64,000 nt of DNA from an uncultured Desulfurococcaceae archaeon (GCA_964655125.1 CAZZLT010000052.1:9273-73272); one strand, 5' to 3'; positions 8,423 to 18,742 are shown, counted from the stretch's first letter. The notes: generated by a model from the sequence alone, not told the origin. Made by a program: numbers and translations.

Positions 8423-8496
8423 GTTACGCACCCGTGTATCTATATAGAGGTGGAGGTAAATAAAGCTAGCGTTTATGAATTCGTGGGTAGCCTAGC

Positions 8497-8547
8497 GTGA
8501 GGGCTTCATTAGATGGTATTACCTCTGATGAATAGGTATGGGTATGA
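8497..8547 (+). ncRNA. possible box C/D sRNA (weak boxes)
   Basis: Parses as GUGAGGG-CUUCAUUAGAUG-GUAU-UACCUC-UGAUGA-AUAGGUAUGGGU-AUGA, with 12-nt spacers after both C-type boxes, but the D' and D boxes are degenerate. Confidence 0.3.
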
Positions 8548-8595
8548 ATTATGTTACAGTACTTAACTCAATATTAGACCTAAGGTAATACCGTA

Positions 8596-9372
8596 TTAAA
8601 GTTTACCACTTGGTTCCTCAGTCAGGTAATCCTCTCCACCACTGAATATACGTTGTAGTGCTGCGTAAATCTCATCTAAACCCTTATTACTTACTGCTGA
8701 TGTAGGTATTACCTCAGGTAGTAACTCCTTAATATCCTCACATAAGTTCATAATTAACTCAGTACCTACGAACTCTTCAGAACTTAGGAGTTCACTACAT
8801 GAGAACTCCTCACTGAAGATCCTAACTACTTCAGATTCCTGCTCAGTTGTTAGTAGATCTACTTTAGTTAATGCTAGTACTTGAGGCTTCATCATCCTAA
8901 GTAGTGTAGATAGTGAGAGTAGTAGTAATGAGATTGCTGATATAGCATTTAAGACTAAGTATGAGTCTATGAGGAATAACGTTGCTGCTTTCCTACCCTC
9001 TGTTAGGTAGTCTATAAGTAGGGGTCCTACACGTCTAAAAGCTACTATCTCTAACTGCCCAGGCATATCTATGATAACGTAGTTATCGTTGAAGGACTCT
9101 ATCTCATTCTTAATATCTGCTATATGATTTACTAACATATCAACAGCGGCTATTAAGGCCCCGTTAGGGCCTAAACCATACTTACTCATGACCTCCTTAA
9201 CATTAACATAATCTCTAACATCAACATCAGGATTATATGGTAGGTAATCAGCTGCTGGGTCGAAGTTAACTTTAGTTACAGACATCTCATGATCTTCTAA
9301 CCAGTGAGCTAATACGTTAGTCATAGTTGATTTTCCAGAACCTGCAGGCCCTGCTACTATTACGTAGTACAA
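8596..9372 (-). CDS. GPN-loop GTPase
   Basis: 258-aa ORF with P-loop VAGPAGSGKST and the diagnostic GPN motif in KYGLGPNGALI; length and order of G motifs fit the archaeal GPN-loop GTPases. Confidence 0.9.
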   Translation of the reverse strand: MYYVIVAGPAGSGKSTMTNVLAHWLEDHEMSVTKVNFDPAADYLPYNPDVDVRDYVNVKEVMSKYGLGPNGALIAAVDMLVNHIADIKNEIESFNDNYVIIDMPGQLEIVAFRRVGPLLIDYLTEGRKAATLFLIDSYLVLNAISAISLLLLSLSTLLRMMKPQVLALTKVDLLTTEQESEVVRIFSEEFSCSELLSSEEFVGTELIMNLCEDIKELLPEVIPTSAVSNKGLDEIYAALQRIFSGGEDYLTEEPSGKL

Positions 9373-9375
9373 CTC

Positions 9376-10461
9376 CTACCACCATTCTAAGAATCTACGT
9401 CTCCTACCCTTATAATTACCAACTATATTTACCTTATACCCACACTTAGGACATGTATTACCTTCCTTAAGATTCCACTCAAGGATATCAAAGCCAAACC
9501 TACGTACTAGTAATGCACTGCAGTTAGGGCAGTACGTATGTTCTAGTTCATGTCCTGGGACATTACCTAAGTACACATGTTTTAAACCTTCATTAATAGC
9601 TATACTAGCTAATCTCTCAAGTGTTTCAATAGGTGTTGGTGGTAGGTTAGACATCATATAATGTGGGTAGAACCTAAGTAGATGAAATGGTGTTTCAGGT
9701 CCTAAATTCTCGTTAATCCATCTAGCCAGCTTCTTAATATCGTTTACATCATCACCGTACTTAGGTACTACTAAATTAGTAACTTCTATAAACATACCCT
9801 TCTCCTTCATCACTTTTAAAGTCGTGAATATTGGTTCAGGGTCCGGTACACCCATAAACTTACGGTAGAAGTTTAAGTTACCACCACCCTTAAAATCTAC
9901 TGTAGCTGCATCCATATACGGGGCAAGTTCTACTAAAGCCTCCTCAGTAATATAGCCGTTAGTAACCATAGTATTAAACATCCCCTCCTTCTTAGCTAGT
10001 TTAGCTACGTCATACATGTATTCGTAGAATATAGTTGGTTCATTATATGTATAGCTAATACCATCAGCACTATATCTCCTACCTATACTCACTAACTTCT
10101 CAGGTGTGTAGTACTCACCATACACATCATCCCTACGTGATTGACTTATAGTCCAGTTCTGACAGAACATACACATAAAGTTACAACCAGCTGTTGATAT
10201 GGATAATACTGAAGATCCTGGCATGAAGTGCATTAATGGTTTCTTCTCTATAGGGTCTAAATTAACAGCTGTTAATAACCCGTAAACTAATGTGTAGAGG
10301 GTACCATCCTCATTATACCTAACACCACAAGCACCATAACCACTACTAACTATAGGACATCTCTTATAACATAAATTACATCTAACCTTACCACCACTTA
10401 AACTAATCCAATGTCTCGCAGGTCTAACCCAAGGTTTATCTAACTCAATCATTATCTCCAA
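9376..10461 (-). CDS. AmmeMemoRadiSam system radical SAM enzyme
   Basis: 361-aa ORF with CNFMCMFCQNW (CxxxCxxC), N-terminal and C-terminal Cys pairs (CNLC..., CPNC...CPKC), and the conserved EKKPL block typical of this family. Confidence 0.8.
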   Translation of the reverse strand: MEIMIELDKPWVRPARHWISLSGGKVRCNLCYKRCPIVSSGYGACGVRYNEDGTLYTLVYGLLTAVNLDPIEKKPLMHFMPGSSVLSISTAGCNFMCMFCQNWTISQSRRDDVYGEYYTPEKLVSIGRRYSADGISYTYNEPTIFYEYMYDVAKLAKKEGMFNTMVTNGYITEEALVELAPYMDAATVDFKGGGNLNFYRKFMGVPDPEPIFTTLKVMKEKGMFIEVTNLVVPKYGDDVNDIKKLARWINENLGPETPFHLLRFYPHYMMSNLPPTPIETLERLASIAINEGLKHVYLGNVPGHELEHTYCPNCSALLVRRFGFDILEWNLKEGNTCPKCGYKVNIVGNYKGRRRRFLEWW

Positions 10462-10577
10462 TACTTCAGCATAGTTATAGAGCTAATAAAGCATATTTAG
10501 TGGTGGAGGACTTAAACATATTAACAATATTTACAGGATTTAAACCTCCCTAACCTGTTTTAATTTAGGGTATTAAG

Positions 10578-11468
10578 TTGTTAATAACAGGTTTATCAGG
10601 TTCTAACGGGTTAGAAGTTGGTTTGAGTAGAGCTGTTAATAAGGAGTTACTACCTATAGAGATGAAGTTATTCCCTGATGGTGAATCATATATAAGGTTT
10701 GTTAAGGATGTACGTGGTGAGGACTTAATAATTATTCAGTCACTATACCCTAACCAAGATAAGAAGTTCTTTGAACTACTACTAGCTGTAGATACTGCTA
10801 AGGATTTAGGGTGTAGGAGGGTAATCACTATTATCCCGTACCTAGCCTACACTAGACAGGATAAGAGGTTCTTAGATGGTGAAGCCGTTAGTATTAAAAC
10901 ATTACTTAAGACTTTAAGTTTTATTGGTGTTGATTACTTAATAACTATTGATATCCATAAGGAAGAATCTTTAAAGTTCTTCAACGGTAACTCCATGAAT
11001 TTAGACCCTACAAAACTTTACGTAAGTAAGTTGTACGGAGTTGTTAAAAACCCTGTAATAGTAGCACCTGATCAAGGAGCGTTAGATAAGGTAGTTAAAC
11101 TATCTAAACTTCTTCCAAACTCTACGTATGTAGTATTTAAGAAGTTTAGAGATAGGGTAACGGGTAGTATAAGACATGAATTTATAGATGTTGATGTATT
11201 AGGTAGGGATGTAGTCATAGTTGATGATATAATAAGTACTGGTGGTACAGTAGCTAATATAGCATCGTATTTGAGGGGGAAAGGAGCTTCAAACGTGTAC
11301 GTAGTATGTAGTCATGGATTATTCGTTGGTGAAGCCTTAAGTAAGATATACTCAAGCGGGGTCTCAAGGGTATACTCCCTAAATACAGTCCCGTTACCAG
11401 TAGGTGTTGAACCTATAGATATAACACCGCTCTTGATTGATGTAATATTAAGTCTAAACATAACTTAG
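10578..11468 (+). CDS. prs: ribose-phosphate pyrophosphokinase
   Basis: 296-aa ORF with a TTG start, PRPP-binding loop VVIVDDIISTGGT, and FPDGE and RQDK motifs. Confidence 0.9.
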   Translation: MLITGLSGSNGLEVGLSRAVNKELLPIEMKLFPDGESYIRFVKDVRGEDLIIIQSLYPNQDKKFFELLLAVDTAKDLGCRRVITIIPYLAYTRQDKRFLDGEAVSIKTLLKTLSFIGVDYLITIDIHKEESLKFFNGNSMNLDPTKLYVSKLYGVVKNPVIVAPDQGALDKVVKLSKLLPNSTYVVFKKFRDRVTGSIRHEFIDVDVLGRDVVIVDDIISTGGTVANIASYLRGKGASNVYVVCSHGLFVGEALSKIYSSGVSRVYSLNTVPLPVGVEPIDITPLLIDVILSLNIT

Positions 11469-11476
11469 GAGTTAAG

Positions 11477-12532
11477 ATGTCTAATCTTAAGAGGTACTAC
11501 GTAGTCTTCTCTGGAGAACATAGAACTCTCCCATTAGCTGAGTTAAGAGCTATAGTTGAGTCTGAAGGAATATACTATAAAGAGTTAGTTAACTTAGATA
11601 TGGTCTCAATAATAGAATCTACTGAAGAATTACCTACGTATATTAGTAGGTCAGCATTAATTAAGTTCTTAGGTGAGGTAGTTACAATCGCTGAATCAGA
11701 TACTGACTTAGTAAGTACTATCAGGAATGTGGGTTGGGAAGGTATGTTAGGGAAGGATACTATATATACGTTCGACTTAATACGTATTAAGGAATATTCT
11801 AGTTGGGTAGACTATACAGAGATGGTAAATGTGTTTAAGTCTTTAGGTATTGGTAGGTTTACCTACTATACAAAGATTAACAAATCAATTAACCAGCAAG
11901 TAGTAACGATAGACCTTGTTTTAAGTGATGGTTTAGCTATAATCGGTAGGAGGCTATACTCAAGAGAACATAAGGTACTCAGTAGTAGGGATCCTAAGTA
12001 CAGACCTATATATAAACCTGGTACTATGAAGGCTATAATGTCTAGAGTACTTGTTAATTTAAGTAGGGTTAGTAGTAGGAGGAGGGAGGTGTATTTAGAT
12101 CCGTTCTGCGGTGTTGGTGGATTACTAATTGAGGCTTGTATCATGGGGTTAAGATACTATGGTTCTGATATAGATGTTAGATGTGTTGAGGGAGCTATAA
12201 CAAATTTAAACTACTTCGGATGTATACCCTCAGTAACAGTAGCTGATGCTTGTAAACTCCCATACAGGTATGCTGATGGTGTAGGTACTGACCCACCATA
12301 CGGTAGGTTAAGTAAAGTCGGTAATTATAAGTCTATTTATGAGTTAATGGAATGTAGTATTAACTGTCTCTCAGATATTATTAGGAAGGGTGGGTACTTA
12401 GCTATAGCTCAATCTAAAGATGTAGACTTAGACGACATATTAGTTAATGCTGGTTTTAAACTAGTTGAGAAGCATTATAATTGGGTTCACGGCTCCTTAG
12501 TTAGAAATATCTACGTAGCTGTTAGACTATGA
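11477..12532 (+). CDS. tRNA (guanine(10)-N2)-methyltransferase (THUMP + SAM MTase, Trm-G10/Trm11 type)
   Basis: 351-aa ORF with an N-terminal THUMP-like region, SAM motif LDPFCGVGG and catalytic TDPPYG. Confidence 0.7.
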   Translation: MSNLKRYYVVFSGEHRTLPLAELRAIVESEGIYYKELVNLDMVSIIESTEELPTYISRSALIKFLGEVVTIAESDTDLVSTIRNVGWEGMLGKDTIYTFDLIRIKEYSSWVDYTEMVNVFKSLGIGRFTYYTKINKSINQQVVTIDLVLSDGLAIIGRRLYSREHKVLSSRDPKYRPIYKPGTMKAIMSRVLVNLSRVSSRRREVYLDPFCGVGGLLIEACIMGLRYYGSDIDVRCVEGAITNLNYFGCIPSVTVADACKLPYRYADGVGTDPPYGRLSKVGNYKSIYELMECSINCLSDIIRKGGYLAIAQSKDVDLDDILVNAGFKLVEKHYNWVHGSLVRNIYVAVRL

Positions 12533-13278
12533 AGGTAAAGATATTATTCCTAGGTTGTAGAGCACCATCACCAACAATTAACGGCTTCACATCAATAGCT
12601 ATCTTAGTTAATGGTGAAGTAATATTATTAGATGCTGGTGAAGGTACTCAAAAACACTTAACTCTAGCTAAGTTAAGCTTAGGTAGGATTAATAAGGTAT
12701 TCATAACCCACTTACACGGAGATCATGTGTTAGGACTCATCCCCTTAATGGAATCTAGATCATTAATAGGTATTCAGAAGGAATTAGTTATTTACGGTCC
12801 ACCAGGTATTAAAGAGTATGTAGAGAAGAATTTAGAACTCCTTAAATTCACACCTACATATAAGTATGACGTGGTTGAAGGTATTACTTTAAGAGTTGAA
12901 GGTAGTAAATATGTTGTTGAGACCTTCCCAGTTAATCACTCAGTAACTACCTTAGGTGTTAAGGTTAGAACTACTAATCACTTAATAGTGTACTCTTCAG
13001 ATACTACACCCTGCGATACCCTAATCAGAAATGCTACTAATGCAGATGTACTAATACATGACTCAACGTATAGTTATATAGATAGTGATAAAGCTCAAAA
13101 CCATATGCATTCAACATCTATTGACGCAGCTAACACCGCATTACTATCTAATGCTAAGATGTTAGTATTAACACATATTAGTACTAGGTATAGAGACGTT
13201 AGTAGATTAGAACGTGAGGCTAAAGCTAAATTCTTTAATACCTTACTAGCTGAGGAGTTAATGACTATATACTTATGA
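12529..13278 (+). CDS. rnz: ribonuclease Z-like metallo-beta-lactamase
   Basis: 249-aa ORF with ITHLHGDH (HxHxDH), a later HST His and a C-terminal THIS motif. It is shorter than typical RNase Z. Its ATGA start overlaps the stop of the preceding gene. Confidence 0.6.
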   Translation: MKVKILFLGCRAPSPTINGFTSIAILVNGEVILLDAGEGTQKHLTLAKLSLGRINKVFITHLHGDHVLGLIPLMESRSLIGIQKELVIYGPPGIKEYVEKNLELLKFTPTYKYDVVEGITLRVEGSKYVVETFPVNHSVTTLGVKVRTTNHLIVYSSDTTPCDTLIRNATNADVLIHDSTYSYIDSDKAQNHMHSTSIDAANTALLSNAKMLVLTHISTRYRDVSRLEREAKAKFFNTLLAEELMTIYL

Positions 13279-13282
13279 GCCC

Positions 13283-13723
13283 TCACACCTTAGGTATTGG
13301 AGCCTCCCACAACGGCCTCCCTCTAGATGTTTTAGGTGCTAACCAATCAATTACCTCTCTAATCTTATCTGAAGTTATAGTGAGTGTTATAGGCCCTAAT
13401 GGGGATTCATCATCGTGAGTTACTAATGATACTTTACCAGCATATGCTGCTTGTTTATGAAACTTCAACACTACTGTATTACCACCTACTAATGATTTAA
13501 ACATTAAATTACGTGCAGTATCTAATATTCGTTCAATACGTAATAATCTATAAAGTTTAGTTAATGATGTTATATCTTTAGATTCCCCAACAATTAACTT
13601 ATACGTATTACCTAGATCTACAACACTTACGTTATCTAAGTCTAACAAGTTTAGAACTGCTCTCTTAACCTTCTCTACATCCTCTGTAGGCCTTACCTCA
13701 GCCTCTACACGGACTAACAACAT
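13283..13723 (-). CDS. UPF0201/DUF54-type predicted RNA-binding protein
   Basis: 146-aa ORF translationally overlapping (26 nt) the upstream UPF0200-type kinase-like gene. This gene pair is conserved in crenarchaea as I remember it. Confidence 0.5.
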   Translation of the reverse strand: MLLVRVEAEVRPTEDVEKVKRAVLNLLDLDNVSVVDLGNTYKLIVGESKDITSLTKLYRLLRIERILDTARNLMFKSLVGGNTVVLKFHKQAAYAGKVSLVTHDDESPLGPITLTITSDKIREVIDWLAPKTSRGRPLWEAPIPKV

Positions 13724-14297
13724 CTTTAACCAACCTCTTAAATATATTAACTACTTGAGAGGTTAACTCATCAATACTTACATCCTCATTAATAACTATT
13801 GAATCAGCTAAAGCTATTACAGAACCTAAACCTAGTTCAAGCTCAGCTAAATCCCTACCTACGAACTCATCCCAACTCCTCGGATCTCCCTCCCTACCCC
13901 TACTTAACAACCTATTAAACCTTGTTTTAGGTGATGAATGAACAGCAATTACGTACGTATCACCAATCTCTCTAAACGTGTTTACCTCGTCTAAAGACCT
14001 AACACCATCCACTACAACTAACTTAATACCCCTCTCTAACACCTCCTTAACTACCTCCATAGCTACTATATTAGCACCCCTAACTCTACGTATATCTCTA
14101 GCGAACTCCATAATAGACTTAGAATTTAAGCTAATACCACGTCTTAAAGCCTCACGTCTAACTATATCACCCATAGATATAACAGCATCAACATACCCCT
14201 TAAGAATACTAGTAACTAAGGTCTTCCCAGAACCAGGCATCCCAGTAACACATATTATTAACGGTCTACAACCTCCCTTAACTCCGATCCTTAACAC
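13698..14297 (-). CDS. P-loop nucleotide kinase-like protein (UPF0200 / dephospho-CoA kinase-adenylate kinase-like)
   Basis: 199-aa ORF with P-loop VTGMPGSGKT; small NMP-kinase-like size and lid region. Confidence 0.65.
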   Translation of the reverse strand: MLRIGVKGGCRPLIICVTGMPGSGKTLVTSILKGYVDAVISMGDIVRREALRRGISLNSKSIMEFARDIRRVRGANIVAMEVVKEVLERGIKLVVVDGVRSLDEVNTFREIGDTYVIAVHSSPKTRFNRLLSRGREGDPRSWDEFVGRDLAELELGLGSVIALADSIVINEDVSIDELTSQVVNIFKRLVKDVVSPCRG

Positions 14298-14418
14298 CTC
14301 AATACTGATAAGATAATTAGTTAATTAATTTATTAAGTAATACGTTGTAGTTCTTTAGAATGTGTTAATAGAGGATCTATTTTTCTTAATCATTGATACA
14401 GTAACTAACGGTGTTTAA

Positions 14419-14604
14419 ATGCCAGTTATTTATAGATGTAGTCATTGCGGTAACATACTCTACTCCTTCGAGAAGGTTGGTCAGGACTTCTACGGACTAC
14501 CAACCCCTTCAGAACTATCTATTAAGTTAGGTGGTAAGTGTTCTAAATGTGGTAATTCATTAGGGAAACCGAAATTCGATAACATTAAAGTTTTTATTAA
14601 GTAA
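14419..14604 (+). CDS. small zinc-ribbon protein
   Basis: 61-aa ORF with two CxxC pairs (CSHCG ... CSKCG). Confidence 0.55.
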   Translation: MPVIYRCSHCGNILYSFEKVGQDFYGLPTPSELSIKLGGKCSKCGNSLGKPKFDNIKVFIK

Positions 14605-14610
14605 TACTCG

Positions 14611-16011
14611 CTAAAGCCATAGAGGTTTTTTATGGGTGAATTTATATAACCATATTTTGAAGTTATCATTTCCTAGGTAGAGGTTCGCTAGATCCCCTAA
14701 CTTAACTACCTTATAGTTAACTATATGCTTTGCATGAAGTATTACTTTAGACTCATTAAGTAGTACCTCTAATGATGTCTTATACTTCCTCGGCTTAAGA
14801 ATAATTAATTCACCGTAATCACTAATCCACGGACCTACAACATCTGAAGACTTTAAGTACTTATCAAGGAATCTACGTACTTCAACATCTCTAAATACTT
14901 TAGGTCCTTTATGTAGTACGTATGGGGTGAGCTCCTCTTGAGGGACCTCATAGAGTAGTACTGCAGTATTAACTTCATCACACCATATACTAGTATCTAA
15001 GACCTCGAAATCATAACTCTTCAACACGTTAATACCACGTCTTAAACATTTCTTAAGCTCCCCCCATATGATGTCAGGTGATGTCCCCTCTAGATAATGT
15101 ATTAGGTATCCTACGATAGATGTCTTACGACTACTGATATAGCTTACGATGTTATCCCAAGACAACTCACTTACGTCTACTTGAGGGTAGAAGAATTTTA
15201 ATGATGGTTTTTCTAAGAACATCTTAGCTGCTAAAACAGCTGTTGAGAATGATTTCATCGATAACGCAGCTGCTACATTCCTCCTACTGTCTACTGGGTC
15301 AGGAAGTATTAATGGTTTACGACCGTATAACCTAACATAATCCTTTAAATCCTCGTAAAGTTTTAGGAAGTCTACTACTTGAGGTGGGGTCCATGTAGAT
15401 AACCCCTTTATAGTGTTTATGAAGTCTCCATAGTATATTATTAATAACTCTGTTAGATAACCTGAGAAACCTTCAGTCCTAATTTCAGCACCGTAAACTT
15501 CTATACCCTTAAAAAATCTTTTAAGAAGTCTAACCTCATTTACTTGATCCTTACTTAACCTACTCTTAACGAAGTTCGTATGGAATACAGTTCTATCAAC
15601 TGCTGTTCTAACCTCACTTACGTTTAACGCCATGAACGCTGGAACAACATCTACTTCAATACCTTCAACCTTAAATCTTAAGTATGGGTGTGAGGCGTAG
15701 AGCTTCTTAGGTTTAAACCTATCTAAAACTACTGCTATCTTGTTTATCAGACCTTCAAGCCATTCCCTCCTCATACCTTCATATCTTATAAGTATGAATA
15801 CATCTAAGTCTGTATCATCCCTTAAATGCGTACCCCTACTTACAGAACCTTCTAAAGTAATTTTGTAAGGGTACTTAAGTTCGTTAAGGACTGGTTCTAA
15901 ATAACTACTAACCTCTCTAAAAATCCTTAATGCTTTCTCAGTCTCCTCACGTTCAGGTATGACCCTACTTAATACTTCCTCACATACACTCCTAATATTC
16001 TCTAATGACAT
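14611..16011 (-). CDS. cca: CCA-adding enzyme (archaeal class I tRNA nucleotidyltransferase)
   Basis: 466-aa ORF with the Pol-beta nucleotidyltransferase motif GSVSRGTHLRDDTDLDVF; length and domain order match archaeal CCA enzymes. Confidence 0.9.
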   Translation of the reverse strand: MSLENIRSVCEEVLSRVIPEREETEKALRIFREVSSYLEPVLNELKYPYKITLEGSVSRGTHLRDDTDLDVFILIRYEGMRREWLEGLINKIAVVLDRFKPKKLYASHPYLRFKVEGIEVDVVPAFMALNVSEVRTAVDRTVFHTNFVKSRLSKDQVNEVRLLKRFFKGIEVYGAEIRTEGFSGYLTELLIIYYGDFINTIKGLSTWTPPQVVDFLKLYEDLKDYVRLYGRKPLILPDPVDSRRNVAAALSMKSFSTAVLAAKMFLEKPSLKFFYPQVDVSELSWDNIVSYISSRKTSIVGYLIHYLEGTSPDIIWGELKKCLRRGINVLKSYDFEVLDTSIWCDEVNTAVLLYEVPQEELTPYVLHKGPKVFRDVEVRRFLDKYLKSSDVVGPWISDYGELIILKPRKYKTSLEVLLNESKVILHAKHIVNYKVVKLGDLANLYLGNDNFKIWLYKFTHKKPLWL

Positions 16012-16012
16012 G

Positions 16013-16588
16013 CTAATCAGCTAGTCTTACCTCGAATAAATCACTATATATAGGCCCTCTAGGTGTTAAAGTACTCTTCTTCAGTTTAACTTTAGTAACA
16101 GGTGTAACCCCTACTTCAAAATCACCTAACTCTGTAAATATGTTGGATAAGCATCTACTAGGCCTGAATGATTTAATACGTGCTAAAGTTATATGCGGTA
16201 TGAATCCCTCCCTCTCAGCCTGAACCCCTAACCTCCTCAACCCCTTCTCAATACAATCTCTAATAATCTTTAATTGAGTAGCCCCTTCAGTAACACCTAA
16301 CCATACGACCCTAGGCCTACTTACTGTAGGGAATGCCCCAATACCCTTAAGTCTAATATTAAACTTCTTAAACCCAGAAACACATTCCATAGTCTTTATA
16401 ATATCTTGAACTAAAGAGTCACTAACCTCACCTATAAATCTTAAAGTTATATGGAGATTCTCATCCTCAACACCTTTTAAATCAACTTCTGAAGAACAAC
16501 CTACAACCTTATCTCTAAGCATGATCACCTTATTAAGAATATCCCCCTCCTCTATCTCTACAGCTATGAATAACCTTACCATACACAC
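16013..16588 (-). CDS. thpR: RNA 2',3'-cyclic phosphodiesterase (2H family, ThpR/LigT)
   Basis: 191-aa ORF with two HxT motifs (HITLRF and HITLAR). It abuts the cca stop with a 1-nt gap. Confidence 0.9.
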   Translation of the reverse strand: MCMVRLFIAVEIEEGDILNKVIMLRDKVVGCSSEVDLKGVEDENLHITLRFIGEVSDSLVQDIIKTMECVSGFKKFNIRLKGIGAFPTVSRPRVVWLGVTEGATQLKIIRDCIEKGLRRLGVQAEREGFIPHITLARIKSFRPSRCLSNIFTELGDFEVGVTPVTKVKLKKSTLTPRGPIYSDLFEVRLAD

Positions 16589-16628
16589 CCTAAACTCTAT
16601 ACTGACCTTAAAATAAATAAATATTTTG

Positions 16629-16648
16629 AACTCCTTAAAACTCCTTAA
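16629..16648. repeat. perfect tandem direct repeat AACTCCTTAA x2 in divergent promoter region
   Basis: Read directly: gAACTCCTTAAAACTCCTTAAat, between thpR (minus strand) and the UbiA prenyltransferase (plus strand). Confidence 0.9.
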
Positions 16649-16720
16649 ATATCAGTAAAAACATAATAATTAAATAAAGTTATTTTAGTTTTTACTAAGT
16701 TATCTTGATAGGTAATCAGA

Positions 16721-17623
16721 ATGAGTAGGTTTGTATGGAGGGTTAGCGGGTATATCGAGATCTTACGTATTCATAACCTCTTAGTATCAGCTCTAGCAAC
16801 ATTACTCGGTATTAAAGCAGTATATGCTGGAGTTACTTCCACATCATTGAGTATAACATCTTACCTACTACCTATATCAACAGTGGTTTTAGTAGCTGCT
16901 GGTGGATACGTTATTAACGATTACTTTGATGTTAATAGTGACTTAATTAATAAGCCATCAAGACCTATACCTTCCGGTAGGGTTAGTAGGGATGAAGCCC
17001 TCATCCTAAGTATTATATTATTCTCTATAGGTTTATCAACCTCATACCTTACTGGAACACTATCCCTTATCTACGCTATAGTAAATGCTTTCTTACTAGT
17101 AATGTATTCAAAACATCTGAAGAAGAGAGGGTTAATCGGTAATTTAGTAGTAAGTATAGCAAGTGCTAACTCAATAATCTACGGTGGTTTAGCTGTTTCA
17201 GAAATGATTAAAGACATAGTCTTAACCACTAACACATTACTACCAGCATTCTACGCAGGTGTTTTTACCTTAATGAGGGAGGTGGTTAAGGGTATAGAGG
17301 ACATAGCTGGTGATCTAAAGATGAACGTAAAGACCTTAGCTATTACTAGAGGTGTGAAGACAGCCTCTAAAGTAGTTATACTCTTAATGATCGTGATAAT
17401 TACGATATCACCACTACCGTACATAACTAGTGGGTATGGAGTTTTATACATGAGTTTAGCGTTACTAACAGATCTACTACTCATTAAATCAATTATAGAG
17501 TTAATTAAAGCTAAATCAGAGTTAGAGCTCGTGAAGACTTCATCAAGAATTAGGAGTTATACTAAGGTAGCTATGTTAGTAGGTATCCTAGCATTTCTAA
17601 TAGATCTAACCTTTAGAACTTAA
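16721..17623 (+). CDS. UbiA-family prenyltransferase, likely digeranylgeranylglyceryl phosphate synthase
   Basis: 300-aa ORF with about 8-9 TM helices, Asp-rich motif NDYFDVNSD and a second polar loop REVVKGIEDIAGD. Confidence 0.75.
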   Translation: MSRFVWRVSGYIEILRIHNLLVSALATLLGIKAVYAGVTSTSLSITSYLLPISTVVLVAAGGYVINDYFDVNSDLINKPSRPIPSGRVSRDEALILSIILFSIGLSTSYLTGTLSLIYAIVNAFLLVMYSKHLKKRGLIGNLVVSIASANSIIYGGLAVSEMIKDIVLTTNTLLPAFYAGVFTLMREVVKGIEDIAGDLKMNVKTLAITRGVKTASKVVILLMIVIITISPLPYITSGYGVLYMSLALLTDLLLIKSIIELIKAKSELELVKTSSRIRSYTKVAMLVGILAFLIDLTFRT

Positions 17624-17695
17624 CATCTATAAATTGATCGACTCCTAAAGTAATCACGTAATAATGTTTCATACCTAACAGTAAGTTTCATGATA

Positions 17696-18742
17696 CTAAG
17701 GTCTTAACACCTTTAACTCGTTAATACATTGTCTACCGAATTTCTTATAGACTGCCTTAAATGTTACAGCTTGGTTGACATTCTTTAAATTATAACATCT
17801 CTGCATAACCTCATGAGGCTTCACTATAGGGATAACATCACGTATCAACATAGCACCGGCTGAGAATCCAGTAATAACTAAGTTCTCACACGGTATATCC
17901 CCTTCATTCTTAATACTTACCATTATCTTACATAGATCTTCATTACATATGACTTCATCAGCACTTAAACTTATTTCAGGACCGTTACAACTAAGCCTAT
18001 ACTTAAGTATTGAGAATAATGCTACATATCTAGGATGGTAGATCTCACTACTCTCCTTATGACGGATTGTTAAGATGTTATCATCACCTACACGTAGGTT
18101 AGTTAACTGTATGTTATTTAACCCTAGTAAGTTATTTAATGTTTTTATATGGAGGTTATTAAGTGTTATATCTACTGATGAATACCTCGACGGTAGATTT
18201 ATAAGTAATGACATGTTATATGTTCCTGGACTCATAACTTTAAATTTAGTTATGTATGTTTCTGACGGATTTATCAGTACACATCCTGCTCTATAGTGAG
18301 TCTCAGTAGAAACTCCTGAAAGAGGCTTCACACCTATTAACTCAAAACCATTTATGACTATAGGTTTTGATGAATCACAAGATATCATGAGTTCATATGT
18401 TTTACCTCCCTTAATCACCTTACTTAAGTCGAACACATGGATTGTGTAAATACTTCCTGAGGAGGTCTCAGCAGTTATCTGAGGTTTAAATTCACGAATA
18501 ATACTTAACCCTTCAATACTTACCTTCCAGGAGACCTTAGTAGGTGATTCATTAAGTGTTGTTACTACTGTTAAGTAGGTCTCACTCAACTGCTGCTCAT
18601 CGATTTCTATAATGTGTTTATAAGTTCTTGGGTAACTCCTACCACCTAATTTAACTTCATCTAACACAGTACTCTGGTAAATTAAACCATCAACTTCAGC
18701 TTTAATGAAGTCTAGTAGATCGCCTTTAGGCATTGTTAACAC
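17696..18742 (-). CDS. hypothetical beta-rich protein
   Basis: 348-aa ORF with no family recognised. The C-terminal ~90 aa (KIMVSIKNEGDIPCENLVITG) look CARDB/Ig-like. It is the last gene of the stomatin-NfeD-DUF763 string. Confidence 0.55.
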   Translation of the reverse strand: MLTMPKGDLLDFIKAEVDGLIYQSTVLDEVKLGGRSYPRTYKHIIEIDEQQLSETYLTVVTTLNESPTKVSWKVSIEGLSIIREFKPQITAETSSGSIYTIHVFDLSKVIKGGKTYELMISCDSSKPIVINGFELIGVKPLSGVSTETHYRAGCVLINPSETYITKFKVMSPGTYNMSLLINLPSRYSSVDITLNNLHIKTLNNLLGLNNIQLTNLRVGDDNILTIRHKESSEIYHPRYVALFSILKYRLSCNGPEISLSADEVICNEDLCKIMVSIKNEGDIPCENLVITGFSAGAMLIRDVIPIVKPHEVMQRCYNLKNVNQAVTFKAVYKKFGRQCINELKVLRP

